NCBI GenBank assembly: GCA_016793185.1
Contig: JAEUIK010000674.1
Span: 1 to 26,261, forward strand
DNA: 26,261 nucleotides
Source: Planctomycetaceae bacterium
GTDB taxonomy: Bacteria > Planctomycetota > Planctomycetia > Pirellulales > JAEUIK01
Reading direction: 5' to 3'
This document shows, in pieces, positions 1 through 9,332 of this stretch. The notes under the pieces were generated by a model that was not told the origin of the DNA, ran no database searches, and worked only from the letters and a program-made list of their open reading frames with translations. Each line of letters starts with the position of its first letter. The first letter of the stretch is position 1. The position numbers were made by a program, and so were the translations under genes.

Positions 1-2
1 GC

Positions 3-779
3 CCGCGTAAGGGGCAAAGCGTCGAGTTCGCCGATTTTCGCTCGTACGTGCCCGGCGACGACTTGCGCTTTATCGACTGGAACACCTACGCGCGGCTCGA
101 CAAGCTCTTCCTCAAGATGTTTCTCGAGGAGGAAGATCTACATTTGTACGTGCTGATCGACAACAGCGCGTCGATGAGTTTCGGCACGCCGGCCAAGCTC
201 GATTACGCCCGGCGCGTGGCCGCGGCGCTGGGATTCATCGGGCTGGTGCGGTCCGATCGCGTGCGAATCGAGACGCTCTCGGCCGACGCCCGCACGGCGG
301 GGCCCGTGCTGCGCGGGCGGCGCAGCTTGTGGCGGATGATGGATTACCTCACGCAACTCGAGGCCGCCGGAACCACGGCGCTGGGGCCGGGCATCAAAAA
401 CTTCTGCCTGCGCAACTCGGGCAAGGGAATCCTCGTGCTGATCAGCGATCTGCTGGACAAGGAAGGCTTCGAGGCGCCGCTCCGGTACCTCACCAGCCAG
501 CAGATGGACGTCTACGTGATTCAGGTGCTCGCCGCCGAGGAACTCAACCCGCAGTTGGTGGGCGACCTGCAACTGGTCGACAGCGAGGATCGCGATCTGG
601 CCGACGTGACGATCAGCGCCCCCTTGCTCAAACGCTATCAGCAGACTTTGAACGGGTTCGTGGGTTCGATCCGCGATTTTTGCAATCGCCGCGGGATCGC
701 CTATCTGCTGGCCAACAACCAGGTGCCGTTCGAGCAGTTGATCACGTCGTACTTGCGGCAGCGCGGGCTGGTGCGATAG
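3..779 (+). CDS. DUF58 family protein (vWA-like, MoxR-associated), 5'-truncated by the window edge
   Basis: The frame is open from base 3 and reads RKGQSVEFADFRSYVPGDDLRFIDWN, the typical DUF58 signature. It also has a DxSxS motif (DNSASM) and LISDLLD, and lies directly upstream of a BatA/vWA gene. Confidence 0.9.
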   Translation, partial: PRKGQSVEFADFRSYVPGDDLRFIDWNTYARLDKLFLKMFLEEEDLHLYVLIDNSASMSFGTPAKLDYARRVAAALGFIGLVRSDRVRIETLSADARTAGPVLRGRRSLWRMMDYLTQLEAAGTTALGPGIKNFCLRNSGKGILVLISDLLDKEGFEAPLRYLTSQQMDVYVIQVLAAEELNPQLVGDLQLVDSEDRDLADVTISAPLLKRYQQTLNGFVGSIRDFCNRRGIAYLLANNQVPFEQLITSYLRQRGLVR

Positions 780-864
780 GGAGAGCGAGGAACGCCGAGA
801 GCGCCGACCTCTCGGCAAGTGACGAACCGAGGATGCGCCGATCGTGTGGCCGCAGTGGACCAAC

Positions 865-2805
865 ATGCTTTCGCCCTGGCAGTGGGCCGCCTTGCTGGCG
901 GTGCCGCCGGCGATCGTCGCGCTGTACTTCTTGCGCTTGAAGCGGACGCCGCTGGATGTCTCCAGCACGTATCTGTGGCGCAAGTCGATCGAGGATCTGC
1001 ACGTCAACAGCCTCTGGCAGCGCCTGCGGCAGAGCCTGTTGTTGTTTCTGCAGTTGCTCCTGGTCGGGCTGCTGATGCTGGCCCTCTGGCGGCCGAGCTG
1101 GCAGGGAGACCAGCTGGTCAACGACCGGATGCTGCTGTTGATCGATACCTCGGCCAGCATGTCCGCGACCGACGTGAAACCCACGCGCCTCGAAGAGGCC
1201 AAGCGCCGCGCGCTGGAATTTGTCGAGCGGATGAAGAGCGGCGACCAGGCGATGGTCATCAGCTTTTCGGATCGGGCCCGCGTCGAGCAGCCCTTCACCG
1301 ACAATCGGAAAGAACTGCGGCGGCGGATTGCCGCCATTCGGCAGACGGCGCATCGCACGTCGCTGGACGAAGCTCTGCGCGTGGCGACCGGCCTCGCGCA
1401 AGTCACCCAGGCGACGGCCCAGGCCGCCGACCAGGAAGGGGCCGCCGCGGGACCGGTCGAGGCCATTGTGTTGAGCGACGGCAAATTCGGCGACGTGCCC
1501 CAGCTGACGCTGGGCAACCTGCGGCCGACGTTGATCCCGATCGGTAGCCCGCTGGCGGCCAACGTGGCGATCGCCGCGTTCAATGTTCGTCCGCACGAGT
1601 CGCATCAGGATCAATGGCAGGCGTTCGGGCGGATCGAGAATCATGGTCCACATCCGGCCAAGGTACAGGCCGAGCTGTACCGACAGGCGGACTTGCTCGA
1701 CGCGACGCAGGTGGACGTTCCCCCGGGGGAGAGCCGGGCAGTGGTGTTCGATTTGACGAACCTCGCAACCGGCGTGCTCGAACTGCGGGCCCGGACCGGG
1801 GATGCGCTGGCGTTGGACGACACTGCCTGGGCGACGGTGAATCCGCCGCGCCGCGCGCGGATCCTGTATGTGACGCCCGGCGGCGACGAGGCCCTGAACC
1901 TGGCCCTGGCCACCGGGCGTGCGGTCGAGCTGGCCGACGTCCACCGACAGTCCCCCGACTTTCTGAAGTCGGCGGATTACCAGAAGCAGACGGCCGACGG
2001 CCGGTACGATCTGGTGATCTATGACCGCTGCGCGCCCGCGGAACTGCCGCCGGCGAATACGTTGTTCGTGGGGCGATTGCCACCGGGCGACGCCTGGAAG
2101 CAGCAGGCCAAGGTCGACGTGCCGCAAATCATTGACGTCGAGCGGGCGCACCCGCTGATGCAGTTTCTCGAATTGGGCGACGTGTTGATTGCCGAGGGGA
2201 CGCCACTGGAGCCGCCGCCGGGGGCGACGGTGTTGATCCATACCAATGCCGGTCCCATGTTCGCGATTGCACCCCGTTTGAATTTCGAGGACGCGGTGCT
2301 GGGGTTCGAACTGTACGGCGATGAGACGCTCGGAACCAATTGGCCGGCTCGGCTGAGCTTTCCGCTGTTCGTGTTGAACGTGATCGAGTATTTGGGTGGG
2401 CAGTCGCGCGATTCGATTCGCGGGGCCAGCGTCAGCCCGGGCGAGACGGTCCGCGTGACCAGTGATTTGCCGGCCGATCGGGCGACGGTTCGGCTGCCGA
2501 ACCAATCAACGCAGCGGCTGGAACGGCGCGGAAACGTGTTCGAGTTTGCCGGCACGGATGGTCTGGGGATTTACGAGGTTTCTGCGGGGGGGCGGGTGAT
2601 CGACCGGTTTGCCGTCAATCTGTTCGATTCGGCCGAAAGCGACATCCCTCCCCGCACGGATCCGCTCAAGATCGGACATGTGGAAGTGGCCCCGCAGCCG
2701 ACGCAGGAAACGATCCGCCGCGAGGGGTGGAAGTACCTGGCTGTGGCGGCTCTGGCGGTGCTAATCTTAGAGTGGTATATCTACAATCGCCGCGTCTACT
2801 TGTAG
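865..2805 (+). CDS. BatA N-terminal domain + von Willebrand factor A domain membrane protein
   Basis: N-terminal PAIVALYFLRLKRTPLDVSSTYLW...LLLFLQLLLVGLLMLALWRP is BatA-like. MIDAS elements are DTSASM, RTSLDEAL and LSDG. C-terminal TM WKYLAVAALAVLILEWYIYNRR. ATG at 865 preferred over GTG at 844. Confidence 0.88.
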   Translation: MLSPWQWAALLAVPPAIVALYFLRLKRTPLDVSSTYLWRKSIEDLHVNSLWQRLRQSLLLFLQLLLVGLLMLALWRPSWQGDQLVNDRMLLLIDTSASMSATDVKPTRLEEAKRRALEFVERMKSGDQAMVISFSDRARVEQPFTDNRKELRRRIAAIRQTAHRTSLDEALRVATGLAQVTQATAQAADQEGAAAGPVEAIVLSDGKFGDVPQLTLGNLRPTLIPIGSPLAANVAIAAFNVRPHESHQDQWQAFGRIENHGPHPAKVQAELYRQADLLDATQVDVPPGESRAVVFDLTNLATGVLELRARTGDALALDDTAWATVNPPRRARILYVTPGGDEALNLALATGRAVELADVHRQSPDFLKSADYQKQTADGRYDLVIYDRCAPAELPPANTLFVGRLPPGDAWKQQAKVDVPQIIDVERAHPLMQFLELGDVLIAEGTPLEPPPGATVLIHTNAGPMFAIAPRLNFEDAVLGFELYGDETLGTNWPARLSFPLFVLNVIEYLGGQSRDSIRGASVSPGETVRVTSDLPADRATVRLPNQSTQRLERRGNVFEFAGTDGLGIYEVSAGGRVIDRFAVNLFDSAESDIPPRTDPLKIGHVEVAPQPTQETIRREGWKYLAVAALAVLILEWYIYNRRVYL

Positions 2806-2872
2806 CGGTGCATGCCTCGACCGGACGAACCCCATCCCCTCCCCAGTCCACCCGCCAGGCGGAACATCTTCC

Positions 2873-3604
2873 ATGAGCACGGAGCCCCTTACGAAGCCCG
2901 CAGTGGAGCGCAAGCGCAAGAAGAACGTCATCAATCGTCTCGTCGAGAATCCCTTGATCGGCAAGGTGAGCTACGAGACGTATCGCGACAAAGTGCGCGA
3001 CGTCTACGATGGTCCGCAGGGAGCGCTCTTGGCGACGGCCAGTCTGCTGTCGCTGCATCTGGCTTTTGGCGAGCGGTTGTTTCGCAAGCGCCGTTTCGAA
3101 TTGACCGGGGTCAAGAAGATACTGGACGTGGGGAGCGGCGCCGGTCAGATCGCCAAGCATCTCCTCAAGTACGCGGACCGCGATGCCCAGATCACCTGCT
3201 GCGATCTCTCGGTCGAGATGCTCCGCCGTTCGCGCGTACGGCTGAAGAGCAATCGTCCCAAGTACTCGGCCGCCGACGTGACGCGGTTGCCGTTTGCCGA
3301 CAATTCATTCGACTGTGTTACTTGCGGCTACGTGCTGGAGCATCTGCCGGATGCGCGCCTTGGGCTCTCCGAGCTCGCCCGCGTGCTGGTGCCCGGCGGC
3401 CGGCTGCTCTTGCTGACGACCGAAGACAGCTTCGGGGGCGCGTGGACGAGCCGCGTCTGGTACTGCCGTACTTACAGCCGGCACGAGATTCTCGACACCT
3501 GCCGGCAAGTCGGCCTCGATGTGCATCGCGAATTGTGGTTCTCGCGGATGCACAAACTTCTCCGCGCCGGCGGCATCTGCCTCGATCTGCGCAAGCGTGC
3601 GTAG
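2873..3604 (+). CDS. Class I SAM-dependent methyltransferase (Methyltransf_11/UbiE-like fold), substrate unknown
   Basis: Motif I LDVGSGAG, then CCDLSVEML, ADVTRLPFADNSFDCVT and LVPGGRL. Confidence 0.88.
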   Translation: MSTEPLTKPAVERKRKKNVINRLVENPLIGKVSYETYRDKVRDVYDGPQGALLATASLLSLHLAFGERLFRKRRFELTGVKKILDVGSGAGQIAKHLLKYADRDAQITCCDLSVEMLRRSRVRLKSNRPKYSAADVTRLPFADNSFDCVTCGYVLEHLPDARLGLSELARVLVPGGRLLLLTTEDSFGGAWTSRVWYCRTYSRHEILDTCRQVGLDVHRELWFSRMHKLLRAGGICLDLRKRA

Positions 3605-3631
3605 CACGACGGCCAACCCGGCGGATTCCGT

Positions 3632-4873
3632 TCAGCGCACGCCGGCCGGCTCGGCTTCGGTTGTGGTCTGGGCCGTCGGCCGACTGCGTGCCGCCGGAGC
3701 ACGGAGTACGAGCCGCACCAGCTCGGGTGGGCAGAAGAACCGCAGCGGGTCGACGCCCGAAAGGCCTCGGCTGACGTGCAGCACCGTCGGCGGCTCGTGG
3801 AAGACGCCGCAGTCGTACTTCACCCCGTAGAGGCTGGGGCAGAGCAGCGCTCCCACGCCGGGGAGGCGGATTTGGCCGCCGTGCGTGTGGCCGGCCAGCA
3901 TCAGGTCGAAGCCGCGCTGCCGGGCCCAGCCCAGTTGGTCGGGACTGTGCGACAGCAATAGCCTGAGACAGGCCTCGTCTTCATCGCGGTCCGGGCACTC
4001 GGGAGCGTCGGCGGGAGGGACGATCCACGGGCGTTCGTTGCCCGCCAGCAGGACGCGCGCACCTGAAATCTCGATGTGCCGATGCGTCAGCCCCAGGTCG
4101 ACGATGCCCAGGTCCGTCAGCACACGCCGCAGCCGGCCCAGCTCCCCCTTCACGCGGAGGTCGTGGTTCCCCAGGATTGCGTAGACGCCCTGCGGGGCGC
4201 GAAGTCGCCCCAGTGTGGCGGGCAGCCAATCAATGCAATGCACTTTGTCGACCAGGTCGCCGGTTACGGCGATCAAGTCGGGGTTCAAGTCGTTGGTGAT
4301 TCGCGCGACGACTTCGAAGTATTCGCGGCTGATGCCGCCGGTGTAGTGCAAGTCGGTGAGGTGCGCGATCGACAGTCCATCCAACGCTGGTGGGAGACGC
4401 GGCACCACGAGCTCTTTCTCGACGACTTCGAGCTCGAGCGACTGGTTACCAGGGAGGCGCGAGATTGCGCGGCGAATCGGGTTCGCCACGGGATGCCGCG
4501 CCAGCTCGGCGGCCGGCGACAGGCTGGTGGAGCTTTGCACCCGGCACAACTCGCGCCCGGCCCGCGGGAGCTGCCGCCAGCCCCACCGCGCCGACACGAA
4601 CAGGCCCATGGCCGCGGCACCCCACCCGTATGCCTGCAGACCGGCGGCGAGTCGGGTCCACTGCGTGGGACGCAGCCAGGGTAGGTCTTGGATATAGAGA
4701 TTCGCGAGATACGCCAGGGGCAGGGTCGCCAGCGCGATCAACCGCAATAGCGTCAACCAGCGCACGACGACGCGGGGAAACGCCAGCCCGTGCAAGCGAT
4801 TGACCAGTCCGATCCAGATCGCGGCATGTCCCAGTAGACCCAGGAACAACAAGGGGGCGTCGGCCAAATCCAT
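3632..4873 (-). CDS. Membrane-anchored calcineurin-like metallophosphoesterase (YkuE/YaeI-like)
   Basis: Motifs HLTDLH, VTGDLVD, LGNHD, LLSHSPD and GHTHGGQ, preceded by N-terminal hydrophobic helices. Confidence 0.9.
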   Translation of the reverse strand: MDLADAPLLFLGLLGHAAIWIGLVNRLHGLAFPRVVVRWLTLLRLIALATLPLAYLANLYIQDLPWLRPTQWTRLAAGLQAYGWGAAAMGLFVSARWGWRQLPRAGRELCRVQSSTSLSPAAELARHPVANPIRRAISRLPGNQSLELEVVEKELVVPRLPPALDGLSIAHLTDLHYTGGISREYFEVVARITNDLNPDLIAVTGDLVDKVHCIDWLPATLGRLRAPQGVYAILGNHDLRVKGELGRLRRVLTDLGIVDLGLTHRHIEISGARVLLAGNERPWIVPPADAPECPDRDEDEACLRLLLSHSPDQLGWARQRGFDLMLAGHTHGGQIRLPGVGALLCPSLYGVKYDCGVFHEPPTVLHVSRGLSGVDPLRFFCPPELVRLVLRAPAARSRPTAQTTTEAEPAGVR

Positions 4874-4968
4874 CGGCGGGCAATCCTCTCGGAACCACGC
4901 AACGTCTCTCGATCAATGTACGGCCTCGCACCCCCGAGCGGCAACGGCGCCCCGCGTTGCGGGCGCTG

Positions 4969-6714
4969 CTAGCGGGCGGCCTGCGCCCCCCGCGGCGGCA
5001 GGGGGAGATCGAAATAAACGATCCGCTTCGAGTCGGCTGCGCCGTCAATCTCAGCCGGCGCCACCAGCAAACGGTCTCCGAGCAGTTCTTGCCCGGCGAT
5101 GGTCCCATCGGGCGCCGTCGCCAGGAACTCGGCCGGGTGTACGAACAGGATGGGAAGCTCGGTCTCGCGCGAGCGGGCTTGCACGATGGGGTCGTTCCTG
5201 GCCGGTCCGTACATTCCGCCCGATGGACAGAGGAGGAAGTCCGCCCCGTTCGCCTTGTAGCCGGCCACAATCGCCGGCTCGGTGCGATCGGCGCAAATCA
5301 TCACCCCCACGCGCCCAAACTCGGTGTCGAAGACTTTCGACTCCGTGCCGGGCGTGTTGCGGAGGCTTTCGTGTCCCAGCTTCTGCTTGCGATACTTGCC
5401 GAGGATCTCGCCCGCCGGGCCGAGCAGGACCGCGGTGTTAAAGCGGTCGGTGCCGTCGGCTTCGAGCATCCCGGCCAGGAGGTGGATGTTCAGTTCGTCG
5501 GCCAGCCGCGATAGTTTCTGAAAGTACTCGCCACCGGGGATCGGCTCGCCGAGCGCCCGAAAAGTATCGAGGGGAATGCTCTTGTCGGCAATGGCATAGC
5601 CGTCGAGAAAACACTCGGTCGTGCACACGAGTTGTGCACCGCCGGCCGCGGCGGCGCGAATCATGGCTTCGGCCCGGGCGTAATTGGCCGTTTTGTCGCC
5701 GCGGATCCACTTCAGGACGAGGCCGGCCACCCTGACCGTCGACCCGCCGGGGGAGACTGCCGCCGCTTCTTCTCGGGCGGGCTCGATCACGCGGACCTGC
5801 CGGAGGCCCGCCTGCCACCAGGCGCCGAGCGGTCCCCGATCAACGCTCTGCTGGGCGAGCTTGCCCGTCGCCCGGCTCAGGTCCAAGGTCGCGGACACGA
5901 CGGCCTCGTCGAATATCCCGGCCTCGTCGACCAGATTGCCGTCAGGAGCAATGATCCTGCTCTGCCCGTGAGAGCCAGAGAGGTCTTCGTTGGCCGGCGC
6001 ATTGGCCTGGACCACATACACCGAATTCTCGACTGCGCGGGCTTGAATCTGCGCCCGGTACGGAGCGATCTTCTGCTCGTGCTTCAACCCTGATTCGTGC
6101 GAGAGGTAAAAGATGACGCGGGCGCCAGCCAGCACCGGCAGCCGCACCAGCTCGGGGTAGCGCTCGTCGTGGCAAATGATGATCGAGCAGCGGATGCCGT
6201 CGATGGGGAATGTCGAGAGGTGCTCGCCGGGGTCGGGCCAGGACTCGGCCAGCTGGATCTTGTGGTAGCGTTCGAGCACCTGCCCCCGCGGATCGATGAC
6301 AATCGCCGAGTTGTAGAGCTTGCCGTCCGCGCGATGGGGCATGCCGACAATGGCGTAGATCCGATATTCGCGGCAGGCCGCGGACAGCTGCCCTTCGGCC
6401 GCGGCGAGCTGCTCGGCGGTGAAGCCGCGCATCGTGTCAGCGTCGAAGTATCCCGTCGTCGAACATTCGGGAAAGACCACGACGCGGGCGCCGTCAGCGG
6501 CGCAGCGGGCGAGGTGTTGCCGGGCGCGCGACAGATTGTCGGCCAGATCGCGCGACGAGCGCATTTGCACGGCGGCCACGCGCAGGTTGGCGGGCAGGTT
6601 CGGCGGCGCTTGTTGGCCGCTCTCGGCCTGTCCCCAGGCGCTGCGATTCGGCAGGCCCAACGTGAGTGCAACCACCAGCGGCGCCAGCGCGGCGGCGGAC
6701 CAGGAGCATCGCAT
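4969..6714 (-). CDS. Secreted carbon-nitrogen hydrolase (nitrilase superfamily) with two tandem catalytic domains
   Basis: Domain 1 has FPECSTTGY / YHKIQL / IICHDERYPE. Domain 2 has TTECFLDGY / YRKQKL / MICADRTEP. Both carry the E-K-C triad. ATG at 6714 opens a signal-peptide-like stretch (AAALAPLVVALTLG...SAWG), so it is preferred over the track start at 6810. Confidence 0.85.
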   Translation of the reverse strand: MRCSWSAAALAPLVVALTLGLPNRSAWGQAESGQQAPPNLPANLRVAAVQMRSSRDLADNLSRARQHLARCAADGARVVVFPECSTTGYFDADTMRGFTAEQLAAAEGQLSAACREYRIYAIVGMPHRADGKLYNSAIVIDPRGQVLERYHKIQLAESWPDPGEHLSTFPIDGIRCSIIICHDERYPELVRLPVLAGARVIFYLSHESGLKHEQKIAPYRAQIQARAVENSVYVVQANAPANEDLSGSHGQSRIIAPDGNLVDEAGIFDEAVVSATLDLSRATGKLAQQSVDRGPLGAWWQAGLRQVRVIEPAREEAAAVSPGGSTVRVAGLVLKWIRGDKTANYARAEAMIRAAAAGGAQLVCTTECFLDGYAIADKSIPLDTFRALGEPIPGGEYFQKLSRLADELNIHLLAGMLEADGTDRFNTAVLLGPAGEILGKYRKQKLGHESLRNTPGTESKVFDTEFGRVGVMICADRTEPAIVAGYKANGADFLLCPSGGMYGPARNDPIVQARSRETELPILFVHPAEFLATAPDGTIAGQELLGDRLLVAPAEIDGAADSKRIVYFDLPLPPRGAQAAR

Positions 6715-6858
6715 CGAGAGAGTTCCTCCGACCAAGCGACTCGCAGGGGGCTTCCCGGCCCGATTGTCGCTTGTCCGCCAGGGGGACGGCAAGCCTGGCG
6801 AGCGCAGCACCGCGAGGCACAGCGGGCGCGCGAGATTTTCCCGGGAACCGTGAGCGGC

Positions 6859-8580
6859 TCAGGCCTGCTTCACGGCTTTGGGCTTGAGGATGATCTTCTC
6901 GACCGTGTCGAGGAGCTGGTCGAGCCGGAAGGGCTTGGAGAGTACCGCATCGGCCGGCAAGCCGGCGCGCCGCGCGTTGACGATCGAGTGCCCCGGGTCG
7001 TAACCGTAACCCGTCATCAGCACCAGCGGGACGACGTCGAGCACGTCCTGCAGTTTGAGCATCAGGTCGTAGCCCGACATGTCGGGCAAGCGGATATCGG
7101 CGATGATCACGTCGTAGCCCGAGTGGCCCAGCGTATTGCGGGCCATGAAGACCGCCTCGGCGCCGTCATGGGCGGTCTCGACGATGCACCCGTAACGTTC
7201 GAGCAGGGCGTGGGCGGCGCTGCGGACCGATTCGTCGGCGTCGGCCACCAGCACCTGCTTGGACTTCAGCAGCGGCCGTTCCTCGTGCTGCAGGCTTTGC
7301 GGCACCGCCTGGCTGGGGCTCATCTTCTGGCCGACGGATTGAATCACCTGTTTGATATCGCGGGCGTTGCGCAGAATGCGCTTCACGTGCTCGGCCACTT
7401 CGGGTTCGTGGCCGATGTACCGCTCCATGATGTTCACGGCGGCATTGAGGATATCGTCGACGGGGAGCGCCACGGCCGAGTGCATCGCCTCGACGCTTTC
7501 GGCGGTCGTGCCAGCCCGCTCGGCCACCAGCAGCTCCAGCGTATTGAGCGCGTTGGCCACGTCGCGCGTGAAGATCTCGAGGAACTGCAGGTCGCTTTCG
7601 GTGAAGGCGCGGGGGTCGGGGCTCTCGACATTGAAGGTGCCGATCACCTCGTCGTGGAGGATCAACGGCACGGTCAGCGAGCTCTTGGCGTCCTTCGATC
7701 CCTCGAGGAAGAGCGGATCCTCGACCGTATTCTCGCACTGGTAGCTCTTGCCGGTAGCGGCCACGTAGCCGGTGACGCCATTCCCCTGCATGCTGGCGAA
7801 GAGGACGCGCCCGGCGGCCGCGGGTTCCATCCCCACCGCCAGCAACGGCTCGAGCTTGCCGGTCTCGGCGTCGAGCAGCCGAATCTCGACGACGTCGAAG
7901 TTCAGCAGATCCTTGGTGTAGTGCAGGATGTTCGACTTCAACAGCTCGATGCGATCCTCGACCGACATATGGAACAACTCGTCGGGCGTGAGATTCGCGA
8001 GCTCGATGCCGGCGCGGTGGATCGCGGCCAGCTTTTGCTGTTGCAGGATCTCGGTCGTCAGGTCGCGGACCGTGACGATCAGATGCTGGATCGGCCCATC
8101 CCCTTCGCGAACCGGCGTGGCATGCACCCGGTAGTAGCGGTTGTCGCCCGAGCGGAGGGTCGAGGAGCTGGGAAGTCCGGTGGCCAGGGCGGTGTGGAAG
8201 GGACAGAAGTCGGGACCGAGGATCTCGGGGCTCCCCAGCACGGCGTAGAAATTGGCGCCGATGACGCTCTCGCGCCCCGACCATTCGCGGAGCCGGCCGT
8301 TGCCCCAGATGATCGTGTTGTCGCTGTCGAGCAGGACGACGCCGTCGGGCATCCCCTCGAGGATGCGTTCGTTCTGGAGGAGCTTGCCGATCTGGAAGGC
8401 GTCCTGAAAATGGGCAGCGCCGACGTAAACCCCGTCGAACTCCTCCCGCTTGAGCCGGGCCAAGGCGCGCAACATGCCTTCGGCAATGACGATGTCGGCG
8501 ACACCGTCAAACTGGGCTCGGAGCTGCTCGCCCCGCTCGCGCGAGTCGCTGACTGCCAGGATCTTTGGTTTCGTCGTCAA
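6859..8580 (-). CDS. Signalling protein: PAS + GAF + degenerate HisKA-like helix + C-terminal response-regulator receiver domain
   Basis: PAS: ILEGMPDGVVLLDSDNTIIWGN. GAF: GVTGYVAATGKS...SSLTVPLILHDEVIGTFNVES. Receiver: VLVADAD, DVIIADIRLPDMSG, LMTGY, KPF. TTG at 8580 has a GGGAG RBS 9 nt upstream and a matching promoter. Confidence 0.85.
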   Translation of the reverse strand: MTTKPKILAVSDSRERGEQLRAQFDGVADIVIAEGMLRALARLKREEFDGVYVGAAHFQDAFQIGKLLQNERILEGMPDGVVLLDSDNTIIWGNGRLREWSGRESVIGANFYAVLGSPEILGPDFCPFHTALATGLPSSSTLRSGDNRYYRVHATPVREGDGPIQHLIVTVRDLTTEILQQQKLAAIHRAGIELANLTPDELFHMSVEDRIELLKSNILHYTKDLLNFDVVEIRLLDAETGKLEPLLAVGMEPAAAGRVLFASMQGNGVTGYVAATGKSYQCENTVEDPLFLEGSKDAKSSLTVPLILHDEVIGTFNVESPDPRAFTESDLQFLEIFTRDVANALNTLELLVAERAGTTAESVEAMHSAVALPVDDILNAAVNIMERYIGHEPEVAEHVKRILRNARDIKQVIQSVGQKMSPSQAVPQSLQHEERPLLKSKQVLVADADESVRSAAHALLERYGCIVETAHDGAEAVFMARNTLGHSGYDVIIADIRLPDMSGYDLMLKLQDVLDVVPLVLMTGYGYDPGHSIVNARRAGLPADAVLSKPFRLDQLLDTVEKIILKPKAVKQA

Positions 8581-8629
8581 GCCCCGACACTCCCAGGGCA
8601 GCTTCGTCGAATCAGATGTTCCCAGCATT

Positions 8630-8658
8630 AGTATAGGTATCGTCAGGTTCGGGAACAA
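8630..8658 (-). promoter_or_regulatory. Candidate sigma70-type promoter for the PAS-GAF-receiver gene
   Basis: Minus strand TTGTTC (8658-8653), 17 bp spacer, TATACT (8635-8630). It is an AT-rich patch in a GC-rich genome, about 50 bp upstream of TTG 8580. Confidence 0.55.
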
Positions 8659-9039
8659 CGGCGCGCCGGTTTCGCCTGCCTTGAAGGACATCGGTTGCGC
8701 TGGATGCCCAGATTAACAACCGGGACCCGAATCGCCGGCGCCAGCGCATGTGCTGCCGGGCGCGTCGCACGCGGTCGCCACAATCGAACCTGCGGAGCCC
8801 CGCAGAAAGGGTGCCACGGGATCCGGAAGCCTGTGGAACCTTTGCCTGACCAATCGCGGGGCGAACCCCCGCATATCGGGACTACGCGTTGCAACTCGCC
8901 CGACCGCCACTGGGTTGCAGCCGCGGCGGCAGGGGTGCCGATGAGACTGGAGGACGCCCGACATTCTCGCCCCCGGCGAGTCGCGGTCGGCGCGGGCGTC
9001 GATCGTCTGATATCGCAACGTTTTTTGGGGTGACCCATC

Positions 9040-9297
9040 ATGTGGCGTTCGCTGTTTCTCGCGCTGGGGGCCTTCGCCGTGATCGCGGGCGTCGAGTGCC
9101 TGGTTTGCGATAAGGCCATCCTGGCCGCCAAGGGAGAACCCTCGCTCGAAGGGATGATCAACAACCCGGCCGGCGCTTCCGATGCCGTGACGCGCCGCGA
9201 GATCGTCCCGCCCGAATGGGCCCCCTGGAGCCTCCTCTCGGGCGGAGCCGTGACGATGTTGTACTCGTTCACGCTGCCGAAACGGGCCGCGGGCTAA
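9040..9297 (+). CDS. Small two-TM membrane protein, unknown function
   Basis: 85 aa ORF with ATG start and GC-rich third positions. Two hydrophobic segments (MWRSLFLALGAFAVIAGVECL; APWSLLSGGAVTMLYSFTL) flank a polar loop. Confidence 0.7.
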   Translation: MWRSLFLALGAFAVIAGVECLVCDKAILAAKGEPSLEGMINNPAGASDAVTRREIVPPEWAPWSLLSGGAVTMLYSFTLPKRAAG

Positions 9298-9332
9298 CGC
9301 CTAACCGCGGGCGGGCGGCTATCCTGAACGGC

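Noticed and set aside
742-2505. 587-aa minus-strand ORF, and 138-1583
   Set aside because: Antisense to the DUF58 and BatA/vWA genes, which carry clear family motifs.
6097-8631. 844-aa plus-strand ORF
   Set aside because: Antisense shadow of the nitrilase and PAS-GAF-receiver genes. It has no motifs, and long stop-free antisense frames are expected at high GC.
8795-8840. RNase P RNA or cobalamin-riboswitch-like snippet (GAAAGGGTGCCACGGGA)
   Set aside because: The other conserved elements, such as GAGGAAAGTCC for RNase P or the B12-box context, were not found.
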